Part shown: positions 1 to 14,528 of the stretch, piece after piece
How positions within the stretch are numbered: the first letter of the stretch is position 1
Layout of the letters: each line of letters opens with the position of its first letter
DNA from: Octopus vulgaris
Taxonomy: Eukaryota
DNA: 64,000 nucleotides
NCBI GenBank assembly: GCA_951406725.2
Contig: OX597817.1
Coordinates: 117,614,001 to 117,678,000, forward strand
Reading direction: 5' to 3'
Translations under genes and position numbers: made by a program
Notes under the pieces: generated by a model
The model's database searches: none
What the model saw: only the letters and a program-made list of their open reading frames with translations
Told to the model about the DNA's origin: nothing

Positions 1-659
1 GCCTAGTGGGAGTGACTTCACTTATCATACATGAAGAAATCCTTCCTCGTCTACCTTTTCATTGTGATCTATGCTACGTACTTTACTTAGTAATTGAGCA
101 GTCGTGGCCAACTTCTTACTGACTTGTTTTGTGAGACTGAGTTAATTACAGTCTTATTTGAAACCGTAAATCCATCAGTGCGTCCGCTAATTTCACAGAC
201 TTGCTTTTTATCATTGAGACTTGATAAGTGATACAGTGATCGTTTTCATTGCTACTCTGCTAAGCTGGCTGCAAACTGCTTCAGACAAAACGGTCTTAGA
301 CAAGACATTATCAATCAGCATCCAGACCATGTTCTTGGAATCTTGGCCATAACTTCAACGATTGTCATTATTTTGTGAGATTGGAAACCGTCGATATTTG
401 ACATTATTTGTGCAACAATTAAGTAATGGTAAATAATAGTACTAATTACAGAAAAAGGTTATTGCTAATCTAGATGTTATTCAGTCTCGAATGGTAGTAA
501 CAGCTGCTAAAGTCAAAAACAAAAACATGATTTGGGATGCGAGTTTATCGTATCTTGTGTAGGACTGTTTTATTTAGGTCAGTGTGCGGCCGACGTTACC
601 AATTCATTATTAAACTATTGTTTGTTAATGGTGTTTCAGAATAAATAGATTTCTTTTTA

Positions 660-2090
660 ACTCATAATTATGTCAAGAAAATTAAAACGAACTTTGAAAG
701 AAGAAAACAGGATCTTAGAAATTGCAATATCTTTTAGCAAATAGAGGAGGCAAAATGTCTTGTTTTGTGATACCGCAATTGTAACGGTTAAGAAATTCAA
801 TACACAGCAACTTTTTATTCTCTTCATAAAGACAATAAATATGCCAAATTAGAGGGTGAGTCTGGAAAGATAAGCATTGCAGAATTTGAAAGATGGAAAA
901 CAAAAGCAAAGGCAATTTTTCCAGTCTGTGTTGTATCAAAGAAATGCTGCAACAGAAGTCAGCTATATAGTTGCATATTTACTTGGAAAAAATGGTAAGC
1001 CATTTAGCGATGCAGAACTCATAACGAAATGTATTTTAGAAGTGGTAAAGTTAACAAATATAAAGAGGTGCCTCTTTCAAGGACTAATACAGATCGACAG
1101 TATCAATTGGCCTGTAATGTAAGAGAACAATTGAAAGCTATAATCCAAAAAGATGTATATTGCGCAGTAGCTTCCACAGATTCAGCACAACTATTGTATT
1201 TTTCGTGCTATAACTGATGATTTTCAATTATATAAAGAATTATTTCATCAAAGGAATGATGTAAGGGATAGATATTTTTAACAACTAATTTCGTAAATAA
1301 TATGTGCACGGATGGTCCGCCAGGATATGATGGCTGAAAATGACGGATTTATTGCATATCTTAAAAGAGTAACCAAAGAACCAAAGGTACTGACTTCTTT
1401 TCATTATATTTTACATCAGCAAAATCTCTGCAAAATGTCATTTTAAGTGACACTTTGCAGAAGGTTATAAGTATTGTAAACTATATTCGAGAAAATGCCC
1501 TGAAGCATCGTCAATTTCGAAACACGCTGATGATGCGTGACAAAGTAATTAATGTGAATTTGTCTTATCACTCAGAAGTACGCTGGTTGTTGCAAGGGAA
1601 AGTATTAGTTATACTATTGTCTTTACGAAGGCAAATAATTTACTTTTTCAAAGGAAACAACAAACGTGATTTATCAGATCCAAATTTTTACAGAGATGTT
1701 GCATTTTTATGTGATGTGATGTCAAAATAAAATGAGTTAAACATTTTGTTGCAAGACAAAATAATTGTATTTATAACATGTGACAAAAAATTTGGGCATT
1801 TAGAAAAAATATCGTTTTTCAAGTTCCTTTTAGTTAAATCAAATTTTTTAGAAGACTTTCCTTAGCTTAAATAGGTAATGAGGGAAAAAGAATATATCTA
1901 TAAATCGTTTGAAGAATGCGAGTGAGTTTTAAACTCATTAATAGAAGAATATAATAAAAGATTCAATGATTTTGAAAAACATAACATCACTCTGAAACTT
2001 GCTTTTCAGCCTCGCTTAGTTGATGAATCAGAAGCTCCCTAAGAGGTACAAAATGAGCTTATTGAAATGTCAAAAAATGCTACACATTTG
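660..2090 (+). pseudogene. Degraded hAT (Buster/SPIN, GTF2IRD2-like) transposase
   Basis: Fragments SYIVAYLLGKNGKPFSDAELITKC, VPLSRTNT, STDSAQLL, HYILHQQNL and VISIVNYIRENALKHRQFRN...YHSEVRWL.QGKVL...DVAFLCDV; many stops and frameshifts. Confidence 0.85.
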
Positions 2091-2099
2091 AGCATGTAT

Positions 2100-3470
2100 A
2101 CAGTTTTGATGAAAGTGCAATTTTTGAGAAACTGATGTCTACTCGGGTATCTAGTTTTCGAGAAGAATAATCAACATTAGGTTTTAAAGCATAAGAATTA
2201 CCTGCTGCTTCTTCTGTGAGGAAATTCCGCTGGTGATATGAAGCTAAAGTCCCTACGTTCATCATTCCAAAAATTAATAAAATGTCATTACGAAAAAAAT
2301 AAGTGATACTTTAAATCCGTAGGTACATGTAAACAAATATACAGGCGAATAAAGTTTGTTTCCAACGAATTTGATGTTTAACCACCACCAACGTTAGTCG
2401 TGTTAAAGGTAGTAACGATGATCATATTAATGATATCGCTGCTAAAAAGTAAGAATTGAATTAACACCAATGAACTGCATTACAATTGCATTTACATGCG
2501 GAAGAATTATTAATTCGGTAAAGTTTACTGATGCATGAACGAGAAATATTACGTGAAAGGATATGTGTACTAGAATAATGCAGTTTGGCATTGTTTTTAC
2601 CGATACGCTAGTATACGAGTGGAGCGTAGATAGTTCATTATTTTGAATATATAATTATCTTTAGTCAGAGGAGCAGTAACTTATAAATTGAAGTATTTCT
2701 GTTGCAGTGTATTCTATTTGCAGTTCTATAAATTTCAAAAACAATTTTGACTTTTGTAGAATATCCGTTACGAGCTTGGGCACTGAATCATCTTAGGTGG
2801 TTTTTAAAGATTTGTTGGTTAGTAGAAATATTAGAAACTCCGAGCAAAATACTTTTTCCAAGCGTATGACTAATATTTTTGAGGTTGTTTTCGTTTACAT
2901 AATTCAAACACACATTGTGTGCACGATAAGGATACAAGAAACCGTTAGAAAGTTTAATTATAACATCGAGGGAATTTGTGATATTAGTATATATTTCGAC
3001 TGCGATCTGGTGATCATATTCCTACAAGAAATGGCGTAGTTCATTGCAAATCTTCTGTATATGCTCTGGGTTTCTACTGATAAAAGCGAGAAAAAAGCAC
3101 GTGCAATCGAGAAAGATCTGTTACTTCCGCCAGATCACTAGCTCCAATGCAGTTATCGGAAGCAACTCTAACATTTTTCTAACCTGAAATGTAGTTTTAA
3201 TGAGTTTTTGAATAGTTTTTCTTGTTGATAATATTATATCAATATCTGACATGTCTATATGTGTGAATGGTTTTCCAAACAGAATACAACTTTTTAAAAA
3301 TATATTGGCGATGCTGTTTAGATATTCATTTACGCATAAGTGTTCGCATATAACATATGTATGCATACAAAGAGAGCACTATTTCCTTCTTTGAATATAT
3401 ATGTTTAATGGTCATTTTCATAGCATTTTTGTATATCTTAATAACTGAGGAGATGCTGGAGCAGATTTCC
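2100..3470 (-). pseudogene. Second, highly degraded hAT-like transposase relic
   Basis: Minus-strand fragments such as KPFTHI...DIILSTRKTIQ...VIW...FLDCTCFF occur in hAT motif order; judged by eye only. Confidence 0.4.
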
Positions 3471-3479
3471 ACCCCGACA

Positions 3480-6125
3480 TCCGAAATATAAATACATATA
3501 TTTTGTTGTATTTGGGGAAAAACATGCAATATATATTTGGTGTTCATTTGCTTCAGCTTTATTTTATATTAATTGAGTCTCGGCCAGAGTTCTTTCTTCA
3601 CACTTCTCTGACCTAATCAGTGGTCCTTTACTTTTTGTGTCTCTCCTTCCTAACGATCTGCCATTTTTTATTCTGTTGCATGTGTCATTATTTGCGCATG
3701 CGTATATCCCTGTGTGTGTCTATGGTTAGTAAGTGTGTGTGTGTGTGGGGGGGGGTAATCTGTATGGTAACTGCATAATGAGCATCCCCTGTGAATTCAC
3801 ATTCATTTAATTTCATTTCATTTAATTAATTTATTTATTGTTTCCTTTTTCTACTTATTTTTTTGTATTAATTTAATTTAATTCAGTTTCAATTTTATAT
3901 TTTGTTTATGTATATAATTATTTAATTCCATTTATTTATCTGTGTATTTTATTAGTTTCATATTATTATTAGTTTATGGGGATCTTATCCTGTCATAGGT
4001 TGTGTGTGGCGTGTGTGTGCTAGTATTCCATTCTAGTTTTCTATTTAGGCTAGGCTGATCTATTAAGAGTGTAGCTTCCGTAAAGTGTTTAAGCGTTGCG
4101 TCCGTTGTATGTGTGTATACGACTATAACTTATTCAATGAATATCTAGGCAAATATGACGTTAGACGTTTCTGCCCCATTAGACGTTTAAAAGTTAGACC
4201 CCCTGCAATCACTACTACGGCTAGGAAAACCCCTATAGAGAGATGGAGCGTGTGGACCAGAGCAATACAGACCCCCGTAACAAATATTAAGTAAAGAATA
4301 TGATGGCGCATGCATTAGGAGCTAGTATAATTGTTACTCTAAAAAGCCACACGGTCAAGTTTAACAACAAAATAAACGCACAGGACAAAGGAGCACCCAT
4401 CGAAGTTAGCATCGCCGTTGATGTGGCCGATTTTTTTATGATATGGTTGGGCAGGAGGCTTAAAGAACGTCTTGTACAGAACTGAACTCCATACTCATGA
4501 ACATGTACTCTTGCTTTGTCAATAATATGAACATAGTGGTAAAGGCACCCCTCCACCAAAAGAGAGTACCCTTGAATAGAAATAGAAACTAACTTTGGAG
4601 AGCATCCAGCAAATAGCTAACTCCATCCACCAGAGTATTAAGGTCACGATGGACTACCCTACAAACACCCTAAAACTAGAACACTAGCAATAGATACAGA
4701 ACTCTAGCTGGAAACAGTGAATAATAAAACCCAAATACTCCATTCCCAGTATGCTCAACCTATGGCCCACAAATACTACTGGAACTCAGCTATCACAGAC
4801 AATGCCTAATTCAATATGTTGATGGCAGACCTCATCAGAGTAATGAGAAATATGTCCCACATATGCGACCCTACAAAGTTATAGAGACAGATACAACACT
4901 TCGGTCATGGCATGCAGTTCTGAGGATACAGCCATAGAGAAAGGATCAGAAAGGAGCCATGAGGAAATTTGAAACTATCATACATAACGATATGATTGGG
5001 ATTTGCTCACTCTATAGGAGCAAGCCATGGAATAACCATTAAAAGGACTAAGAAGAAAATAGGGAAGGCCAGCTCATGGTATGATAACCACAAATACCAG
5101 AGTGTTATGTTCGTCGACACCACTCCTAGAGACGAACTGGCGTACTGCTTTAGAAGGCCTCCTACAAAAGCTTTAGCTAAGAATTAAGGTTGGAGAAAGG
5201 CCAGGTAATTCTGTCAATCACTAAGAGAACACCCTATACTGATAGGAAATATGTTGTATGTAGATTTAACCCACAAACAAACTGTAAATTTAGGAAAGTA
5301 GTCTATAGAATAAAATGTACAGAGGGACGGTGCAGAAACAAAACAATGACATACGTAGGGAAGACAGCACGGAGCATAGGAGAGCGGGTAAATGAAAATT
5401 GGAGGAAACTTAAGAAAGAGAAGAGCTCATCGGTTCTATACCAGCATACCGAGCGGGAACACGGAAGCTTACTCAACAATATAGAAGTTAAAATCTTGTC
5501 CACATATAGAACGGACGCAACGCTTAGACAAATTACTCACATAATTAATCAATCTAGCCAAAACAGAAAACTAGAACTCACACACACCACAACCTATGAC
5601 AGAATAAGATCCCCATAAACTAATAATAATATGAAACTAATACAATTCACATATAAATAAAAGGAATTAAATAATTAAACACATAAACAAAATATAAAAA
5701 ATTAAACTAAATTTAATTAATACAAAAAGACGAAATGTAAACTAAGTAGATATAAGCAATAAATAAAATAAATTAAATTAAATTAATATGAGTAAACAGG
5801 GAATACTGATAACGCAGGTACCATACACATCCACCCCACACACACACTAACTAAACATAGATACACACAGGGTTATACGCATACGAAAATAAAGACATAT
5901 ACAACAGGAATACAAAATGGCAGACCGTTAGGAAGGAGAGACAAAAAGGAAAGAAGGAAGCAAAGGACCACTGAGGAGGTCACATAAGTGTAACGAAAGA
6001 AAGAACTCTGGCTGAAATACAATTAATACGAAATGAAGCTGAAGCAAGTGAATATAGCGCGTGTGTTTTCATTGGCTTAATTGACAGCATGACCATCCCC
6101 AAATAAAACAATATCTGTTTCAACA
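3480..6125 (+). mobile_element. Degraded Penelope-like element with an inverted copy of its 3' end placed at the 5' side
   Basis: GIY-YIG fragment VVYRIKC..C...YVGKTARSIGERVNE..SVLYQH at 5190-5618; RT thumb remnants at ~4500-4900; ~3500-4090 is the reverse complement of ~5520-6120. Confidence 0.85.
5965..6020 (+). ncRNA. Hammerhead-like core in the PLE terminal repeat (second copy at 3575-3626, minus)
   Basis: Consensus of the two copies is CTGATGA-ggtcagag...ctctggcc-GAAA; stems I and III are not evident. Confidence 0.5.
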
Positions 6126-6164
6126 CCCGAGTTCACATCAAGTATCTTGCAAAGCGGATACATA

Positions 6165-6211
<47 letters not shown>

Positions 6212-6221
6212 TATATATCTA

Positions 6222-6315
<94 letters not shown>
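6165..6315. repeat. (TA)n microsatellite
   Basis: Direct reading. Confidence 0.95.
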
Positions 6316-6318
<3 letters not shown>

Positions 6319-6358
6319 GCCATACTTATAATGGGCCATACTTAGTTTTTGATAACTT

Positions 6359-6392
<34 letters not shown>

Positions 6393-6540
6393 AAGTTATC
6401 AAACATTAAGTATGGCCCATTTACATTAACGCTTACGTTCGGTGACCTTGATATATTATTATTTGAAACATTGTAAATATTTTCTCATGTCGATAATATG
6501 TTTTGTTACGAAAGAACTGAGGTAACGTCAGTTTTCTTAC

Positions 6541-6692
6541 CTTGAATTGTAAGTTGTTGGTATCTGGCGGATGCGAGCTTCAAGAAACCGGTTCATTGAA
6601 TCTGCGCAATGAGGAAATGCGATATACAGGAAGAATATGCTACTCTTGTCCGTATTAAGCCAAAATCTTTCAAGGTCCAACATCAACGGCAT
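6541..6692 (-). CDS. Probable first coding exon of a host gene; N-terminus resembles a secreted or Cys-loop receptor-like protein
   Basis: Open frame MPLMLDLERFWLNTDKSSIFFLYIAFPHCADSMNRFLEARIRQIPTTYNS(R) ends at a strong donor AAG|GTAAG (6541/6540); candidate acceptor ttttccag near 6727; unique, more GC-rich sequence. Confidence 0.45.
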
Positions 6693-6892
6693 TTCTACAA
6701 TGAACAACTGCTCACCTTAAAACATCTGGAAAATTCGATCACACAAACCCCTCCTTAAATTTGTAAACAGAGATTGCTTCCAACCCATGTTGCGTAATTC
6801 TATTTCATGGACTTACTCATTTAGACACATGAGAGAAATCCCACTAAATAGTCACGATTAAACAAACCCAGGACAGTCAAATAATGCTTGTC

Positions 6893-6925
<33 letters not shown>

Positions 6926-7381
6926 AAGGAAGAGAGAGAAATAAAGAAAGAAAGAAAGAAAGGAAGAAAGCAGTATGACAGAGCGTGAGAGAACACCATG
7001 GAGTTTTGGGAACGTATTCGTATCAAATCTCTTGCTTTCAACGATCAGACATGATCTTATCTGTTCAAATATTATCTTAGTTTTATCTACTTTGTTATTG
7101 TCAAACGTTTGCAGGAATCCTTACCTTCGAAAATTTAAATCTTAGTCATTCTTATGTTTGGAATATATATTAAGATATTTCATTTTATGCCATCATTTTC
7201 GTGAAAAATTCTTAACACTATAAACGATGTTGAATGTATTCTATAATTTTAATAAGAAATATAAAATCGATATACCTCATAAAATTATTGGTTGGATAAT
7301 CTCCTTCCATAAGCCCTTTATCTCTATACCTTTCTTTATGCATCCATTCCCCATTATCCTTTCTGCATAAACAAACTTTCC

Positions 7382-7600
7382 ACATACATACATACATACA
7401 TACATACATACATACATACATACATACATACATACATACATACATACATGCATGCGTACATATATATATATATGTTTATACATACATACATACATACATA
7501 CATGTGTGTATATATATTTACATATATTAATATCTCTCTCTCTCTATGTATATGTATATGTATATGTATGTGTGTATAGGTGTATGCGCGTGTGTGTGCG
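7382..7600. repeat. (CATA)n/(TA)n/(TG)n compound microsatellite
   Basis: Direct reading. Confidence 0.95.
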
Positions 7601-9769
7601 GTGTATATATAAGTTCATACAGAAATGTTCTACTGTTTTTCATAATTTAATACACCTTCACTCGAACACACATTATCCATAAAAAACACACGTATCTATT
7701 ATTGTATGCTTCACTTATGTATTCAGCTGATATGAATTTCAAATCTTAATATTTTATATCCTATATTTTATTGAAGTTGAAATATTTTTAGAATGTACAT
7801 ATAATGTATCCTGGTTTTAAGTTATCGTTTATAATCGTAATTACCAATAAAATAGTTATTCTATTGAAATATTTGCATATTAATGCGATTAAGGATTTTG
7901 AAATAGTTACCAGAGGTTTTTAAATAATATTGTATTGCACTTTTAAGCGTGACTTCTAGATACGCCTAAGTTCACAGAAGAGAAATGCATGCCTTTATTT
8001 GAGAAACGCCGAACAAAGCGTTATATTAATGTCTCATAGATCTACGCTTTCTTGTCATTTGTGTCGAGAAAAGCACTGCAATGAAAAGAATTTGTCCTTA
8101 TGCTTTTAGCAGATAAATGTAAAAATACTGTTATTTTCTCAAATGTTAAACATAAATTTTTAATATGTAAAATCGATCTGAACGTTTGTGTAGAAAAGGA
8201 AAATTAAAATAAATAACTATGGATGATAATTGAATATGTTCGTAATTAGATATTGAGACATTATAATGATAGTTAAAAATAACTAATCAAATTAAGTAGG
8301 TTCCGTTAATATTATACACATTACGCTGCGCTCGTTTGAATCTATACTATTATATAACTCATGTTTATATTAAATCCTGCTCGATTAAAGGGAACATTTA
8401 TCAGTGTTGGCTTGAAATTTATGTTTGCGAAGCGACATATCTAGCAGAAATTATACACATTAATTCTGACTTAGTTCATAGATTAAAGGAACAGTCTGAC
8501 GAACTAACTTGTATACATGTTTACATACAAACACATTTGAGATCTTTAGCAATATATTATTAAGAGAAGAAAATAAGGTATTAATTTTCCATTCGAATAT
8601 AGGTTTAAAATATATTTTTTCGCCCATAATATTGCATTTTAACAATTTTAAGAGTAAGAAATACAATTCCGATTTCTATGCATGTATATTCCTATTCCGT
8701 AAATATTTTGTTATGGAAAAGCTAATAGTATATAGACAATTTCTTATTAAATATTCATAGTCAAAACAGTAATACATACAGAAGAGTGTGCTTTATTGCA
8801 GTGCAGATGTATTTACAAACTATTAATAAGTAGAATAAAGATTTTAGCAATAGTAAAATAAAGCAAACTCTACAATATACTACAAATATGAATGTGAATT
8901 AGATTTAGCATGATCTTGAAGTAAAAACAATTTGCGTTCTCATAAAAACTATTTGCTCTCTCAATACCAAACTAAATGTGTTGAAATATTACTGACTGTT
9001 ATCAAGTATGTCTATAAGTAAGCTAATACAATATGGGAAAATATGAAGGAAGTGATCTTGATGTAGTAGTACTTTATAATGAATATAAGCATATATGATC
9101 GATAATTCATAAATGTGCTAATGCCAGAATCTATATAGGAGGACAATCGATTAGTATATTATAAGTTATTGTTTTTCTAATAGCGCAGGACTGAAAGACG
9201 AGAGGTACTTTTGTCTAAGTTTTTATGACAAATTATATCATTCTAAGAACCATATAGTCTGAGTTTGGTGAATTGCTTTTAACTTCTGTAACCTCAAAGG
9301 AGATTTGTGAAAAATCTCTGGAATATTTAACTATGATAGGTAAGTTTGCCCACAGGTGAAAATGTAATTATTACTGTAAAGTTAATTTACTGAAGTGCCT
9401 TTCAGCTCTTAGTCGGAACTGGTCAACATTCTAGCCGCAGCCGCTTATTTTATAGGAGTATGTAGGACTAGTATAAGACTTTCACTGAAGAAAATAGTGT
9501 GAGGTTCACTTGCTTGTGTAATAACTGAAGAAGCCACAAAGAAACTCCTTTGTTGATTATAAGATTCAGTAGGGGCAGATAGAACTAGCTCTTTTCAGTG
9601 AAGTACCTTCGTACTCGCCCCAGTGCAATTACTCTTGTCTACTACAACACAGCTTTATACAGTTTAAAATCTAATTTTGTAAACAGAATATCTAACGTGT
9701 TATGTTTTTAGCTGCCTTTTATAATGTAGTCTGTTTTAGAAGGTATGTATATGCATGCATGCATGTATG

Positions 9770-9801
<32 letters not shown>

Positions 9802-10173
9802 AGTGAAAGAAAATAGGCGCATGTATTCTGTTTGCTGTAAAATTTAGATAATATTGATGTGTTCGCAATGTAATCGCACCGGTATGTCACTCCATCTATG
9901 ATGAAGGAATGATTTCGTACACTCCCCTGTTGCGTAACAAACGATTCTAATATGCATTTTGTAATCTTTTAAGGAATTTGTATATCGCAACATAAGTGTA
10001 CAGTAAAATATGCAGTTGTGAAAAACATCAATTTTCTGGACCATTAACTTTATATTTTACAATTTATGTTATCCGTTCGATCGATTCCCGATACAATATC
10101 AGTTACTTTCTTTCTTGATATGCATGAGATTTTCTCTCTCTCTCTCTCTTTCTTTCCCTTTACACATACATAC

Positions 10174-10235
<62 letters not shown>

Positions 10236-10394
10236 GGGGAGGGAGAGACAGAGAGAGAGAGTATGTGTGAGAGATATATATAGACAGACACAGACAGACA
10301 GATAGATATTTAGATAAATAAATAAATAAATAGACAGATAGATATGCTATCAGGTATATATACATATTTTTTCAAATTTGCCATAGGACCAGCT

Positions 10395-10568
10395 ATTTTG
10401 GGGGCGGGTCTGAGTCGATTACATCAACTGGCACTTACTTTATTAATCCCGAAGTGATGAAAGGCAAAGTCCACCACCGCGGCATTTTAACTCAGAATGT
10501 ATAGTCGGGAGAAATACTGCTAAGCAATTTTGTCTTGCGCGGTAACGATTCTGCTAGCTCACCACCTT
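10395..10568 (-). mobile_element. SINE family B (head ggcggcgagctggcagaatcgttagc, B-box gagttcaaattcc)
   Basis: Reverse complement matches the copies at 13125 and 30256. Confidence 0.85.
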
Positions 10569-11843
10569 ATATCTACTCACATATTAATTAACAGAAAACT
10601 GAGACTATATTCGCGTTGATGATATATAAATTACTTTCAATTGAAACTGCTAATGCACTTTCATTTAGCCTCGCTGTGTACATCTAATTGCATTAAACAT
10701 ACGAATATAAATTTGATTTATTACATGTACAAACACACACATGAACATATACCGTGAGGACTTTAGTGCGATAATATGTCACCAGCTTACGTACAAATAA
10801 ATAACATGTGTCTGTCTGTTTTTCACAGCTTTTTTCATAATTAGTCAGAATCTGTTTTCTATCTGTGTAGAATGAACGAAGTAGATTTCTCTATTTAAAG
10901 TACAATGACAAATAAAATAATCGGCTCTAGCAGTTCTTAAGCTTTCTCTGTAGAAATGGCCATGGGGTTTATACAATGGCATTTTCACAACGGAGCTCTT
11001 ATTTTCGAAGAAGTAATGTTATATGGCATACTAAATGCTCATATAATAGTGATTTTTTTTACATCAATAGAATTAAATTTGTGTTCTATGTGTGAATTTA
11101 TTGAGTGAATTGCTAGTTTTATTAATACCGGAATGATGACAAATGTAATGGAATGTAGTGGCAGTGACGCTTAGATGGAAGAGTAACGTATCTCAAATAG
11201 CCAAACATTTACTTCATTATCCTATTGAGGCTTATATTTAATTGAGTAGAAATCTTTGCATGTTAGAAAGTTTAAGATGGTAACGATATTTCTTGTTGCT
11301 ATTTCACGTCTTTAGGCGAGAGAAGCGAAATAGCTTTATTTGTGGGATGGAATATTTATTAATGTGTTCATTTGCTTAAATCTATTAGCACGACAGCATT
11401 CAGCATAGATTTTGTATGAGTCATTGGTCAGCTCTGATAGAATGGCGTAGGTGGAGGAAGGGTTAATTTCCGTTCAGTATGATGCTAGTGTTACACAGGC
11501 CATATCTCCAGTAGATATGGAGTCTATTATAAAAAAGTTACGCAATAAGAGACACGTATATTCAGAGCAGTATAAATATTTTTTATGGAGATTAATAATG
11601 AAACATCTAATTCTATGCCTTATATAATAAACATAGAAATCAAATCGACCTAAATTTATAGTCTACCGTCTTAAAGGAATAATACATCGGATAATATAGC
11701 CGCTAAATCAGCTAACAAAAATCAGGAAGTCCACAGTAGGAGCGCATTTGATCAAGGGTGGTTTTGGTGTCTAAGGAAGAAAGATCTAAAGATGTATAAC
11801 TGCAATACACACACATGCATACATACATACATACATACATACA

Positions 11844-11874
<31 letters not shown>

Positions 11875-12101
11875 GTATGTATATATATGCATTTGCAATG
11901 CCAGTTTAGGCGAAAATTCCAAAAGAAAAATTGCGAAATATAAGCGGTTTTAAGCAGTAGATAGGCACTTCTTCAGACTTGCGTCAAAGTCATGCTTTAT
12001 CCCTCAGGTCCGCACCTCCTTTAACATACAATATATATTTTCTAGGAAATGTTTTAGTTAGCCTGGTTGTTTCTTGGCACTACTTCGCAGCGGGTTATGA
12101 G

Positions 12102-12411
12102 CAGTGGCGGGCTGGCCAAGTTGCCAGCTTGACTTATGGCAAGTGGGCCCCTGCACCACGAGAATCCATATATGGGGGCCCATGTTAATATCTAAAGGGC
12201 CCATCCCCTCAGGTCTGAGAATTTTTTATTCGCTCCTGGAAGAATGCATTAATTATTTCAGCCTGGCTGTATTTGTAGACAGTTGAAAATGATACGTTTA
12301 AGAAGAAAAACATTAAATGCTGGCATTGTAGTTGTGGGCTGGCCCCTTTGTAATGCGAGTGGGAATCCTTAGTCTCCTGTCTACCAATATTGTCAGACCC
12401 AGTCCCCACTG
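12102..12411. mobile_element. hAT-type MITE with 8-bp TSD
   Basis: Imperfect TIRs CAGTGGCGGGCTGG / CCAGTCCCCACTG; TSD GTTATGAG at 12094-12101 and 12412-12419; internal GGGCCC motifs. Confidence 0.9.
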
Positions 12412-12715
12412 GTTATGAGTATAAACTAATTAAGTTAACCACTTGAAATCGTAGGCCTGTTTTGACCTCTTTGCTCGTACAACCTCCGGTATGCTTCTGA
12501 TTTTTGTATAAATCTGAATGTTCCTTTTTAAAATATTACTGTTGTTTGTTGGTTATAATCAAGTTTCTACATTTCCTGTTTGTATTTGTTTAAAATTCTA
12601 CCTGAAGATGTTGGATTGAGGCTATAAATTGAACTCTACCGAACAGCTGTAGTAAATTTTTAAACTCGATTTCTTTATATTTATATACTTATAATATTTA
12701 ATGCACCTTAAAGTC

Positions 12716-12747
<32 letters not shown>

Positions 12748-12802
12748 AGCCCTCCTATGTGTACATGTGTGTCTGCGCGCGCGCGTGTATCTTTTGTCTT
12801 TC

Positions 12803-13644
12803 ATTTGTTTCAGTCATTAGAATACGGGCATGCTTAGCTAAGCCTTGAAGTATTTTAGCCGGCGAATCGACCCCAGTACTTATCTTTGACGCTGGTACTT
12901 ATTTTATCGATTTTGTTTGCCGAACCGCCAGGTTACGGAGATATGAACTACCAGTACCGGTTGTTAAGCGGTGGTGGAAGACAAACATAGACATACACAC
13001 ACAAACACACGCGAACGCATACAAGCACACACACACACGCGCGCGCACACACGCACACACGCATGTATATACCTCGGGCTTCTTTGACTTTCCCCTGTAC
13101 CTAATCTACTCACAAGGTTTCATCGGTGAGCTGGCAGAAACGTTAGCACGCCGGGCGAAATGCTTAGCGGTATTTCGTCTGCTGTTACGATCTGAGTTCA
13201 AATTCCACTGCGGTCGACTTTGCCTTTCATCCTTTCGGGGTTGATTAAATAAGTACCAGTTACGCACTGAGGTCGATGTAATCGACTTAGCCCCTTTGTC
13301 TGTCCTTGTTTGTCCTCTCTGTGTTTAGCCCCTTGTGAGTAGTAAAGAAAAAGGTATTTCATCTGCCGCTACGTTCTGACTTCAGATTCCGCCGAGGTCG
13401 ACTTCGCCTTTCATTCTTTCAGGATCGATTAAATAAGTACCAGTTACGCACTGGGGTCGATATAATCGACTTAATCCGTTTGTCTGTCCTTGTTTGTCTC
13501 CTCTCTGTGTGCAGCCCCTTGTGGGCAGTAAAGAAATGAGAGACTACAGTAGAAGACAGTTACCCAAGGTACCACACAGTTGCACTGAACCCAAATCCAC
13601 GTTGTTGGGAAGCAAACTTCGTACCACACAGCCAAGCCAGGGCG

Positions 13645-13645
<1 letters not shown>
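12803..13645 (-). mobile_element. tRNA-headed SINE family A interrupted by a SINE B dimer
   Basis: Matches copies at 36701 and 59337; its 3' part is at 12803-13120 and its head at 13545-13645. Confidence 0.85.
13124..13540 (+). mobile_element. SINE family B with two tandem ~180-bp body units
   Basis: Unit ggtatttcgtctgc...gtaaagaaa repeats at ~13169 and ~13352. Confidence 0.9.
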
Positions 13646-13689
<44 letters not shown>

Positions 13690-14528
13690 GTATACATACA
13701 GATATACATATATATACATGTGTGTGTATATATATATATACACATATATGTTTTCTCGCATATGTGCATATATATACTTATATTGTAGCTTAAGTATAAT
13801 TAATTGGCTTGCGTAAATTTTTAGAATCTTGTTAAATTCTCAAACAGATTTCAATACTTATTTGCTTTGAGAATTTTAATTGTTTAACTCATATAAAATA
13901 TATTGCAGTAAACGTTTTGTCTCTAATCACAAGCTACATACATTCTCTATAGAAATAACACGTATCAAGTAATTTCAATAGCACTTTTGTTGAATGAATA
14001 TACGCCAGGAATCTAATAATATTACAATGCAACAAACAATTGTTTATTGTTGAAATATTAGGAAATTTCTATTTGATAATAAACTTGATATATAAAAATG
14101 CATCGTTGCGTGTATCAATGATGGTAACTCGACCGAAGATTGCATTTGAAAATTATCAGGAAATGCCTCCTTGTTGTTAGAGACAAAATTTAGAATTTTT
14201 TAATATGTTTGTCATAGTTTCCAAGATAATAAAGTTTGTTCATTTTATGATATAACATGCTTAAGCCGCATTCAATACTGGCTATATTGCATAAAGTTAG
14301 AGGGAGATAGAATATAATAGTGTTGATGCATGTAATACAAATTAAGAGAAAGGAAGGATACAAGAGCTGCCAGACATGTATAAATTCCTAATTGAAATTA
14401 TGTAATTCGCAAAACTACCCGTGTGCTAATTAATTGTTTAAGAGGACGTTACTTTTCAAATTTATGTTATTTACTTCCTCACAAGTTCTCACAGTAGACT
14501 ATATATATATATATATATATTTATGTGT

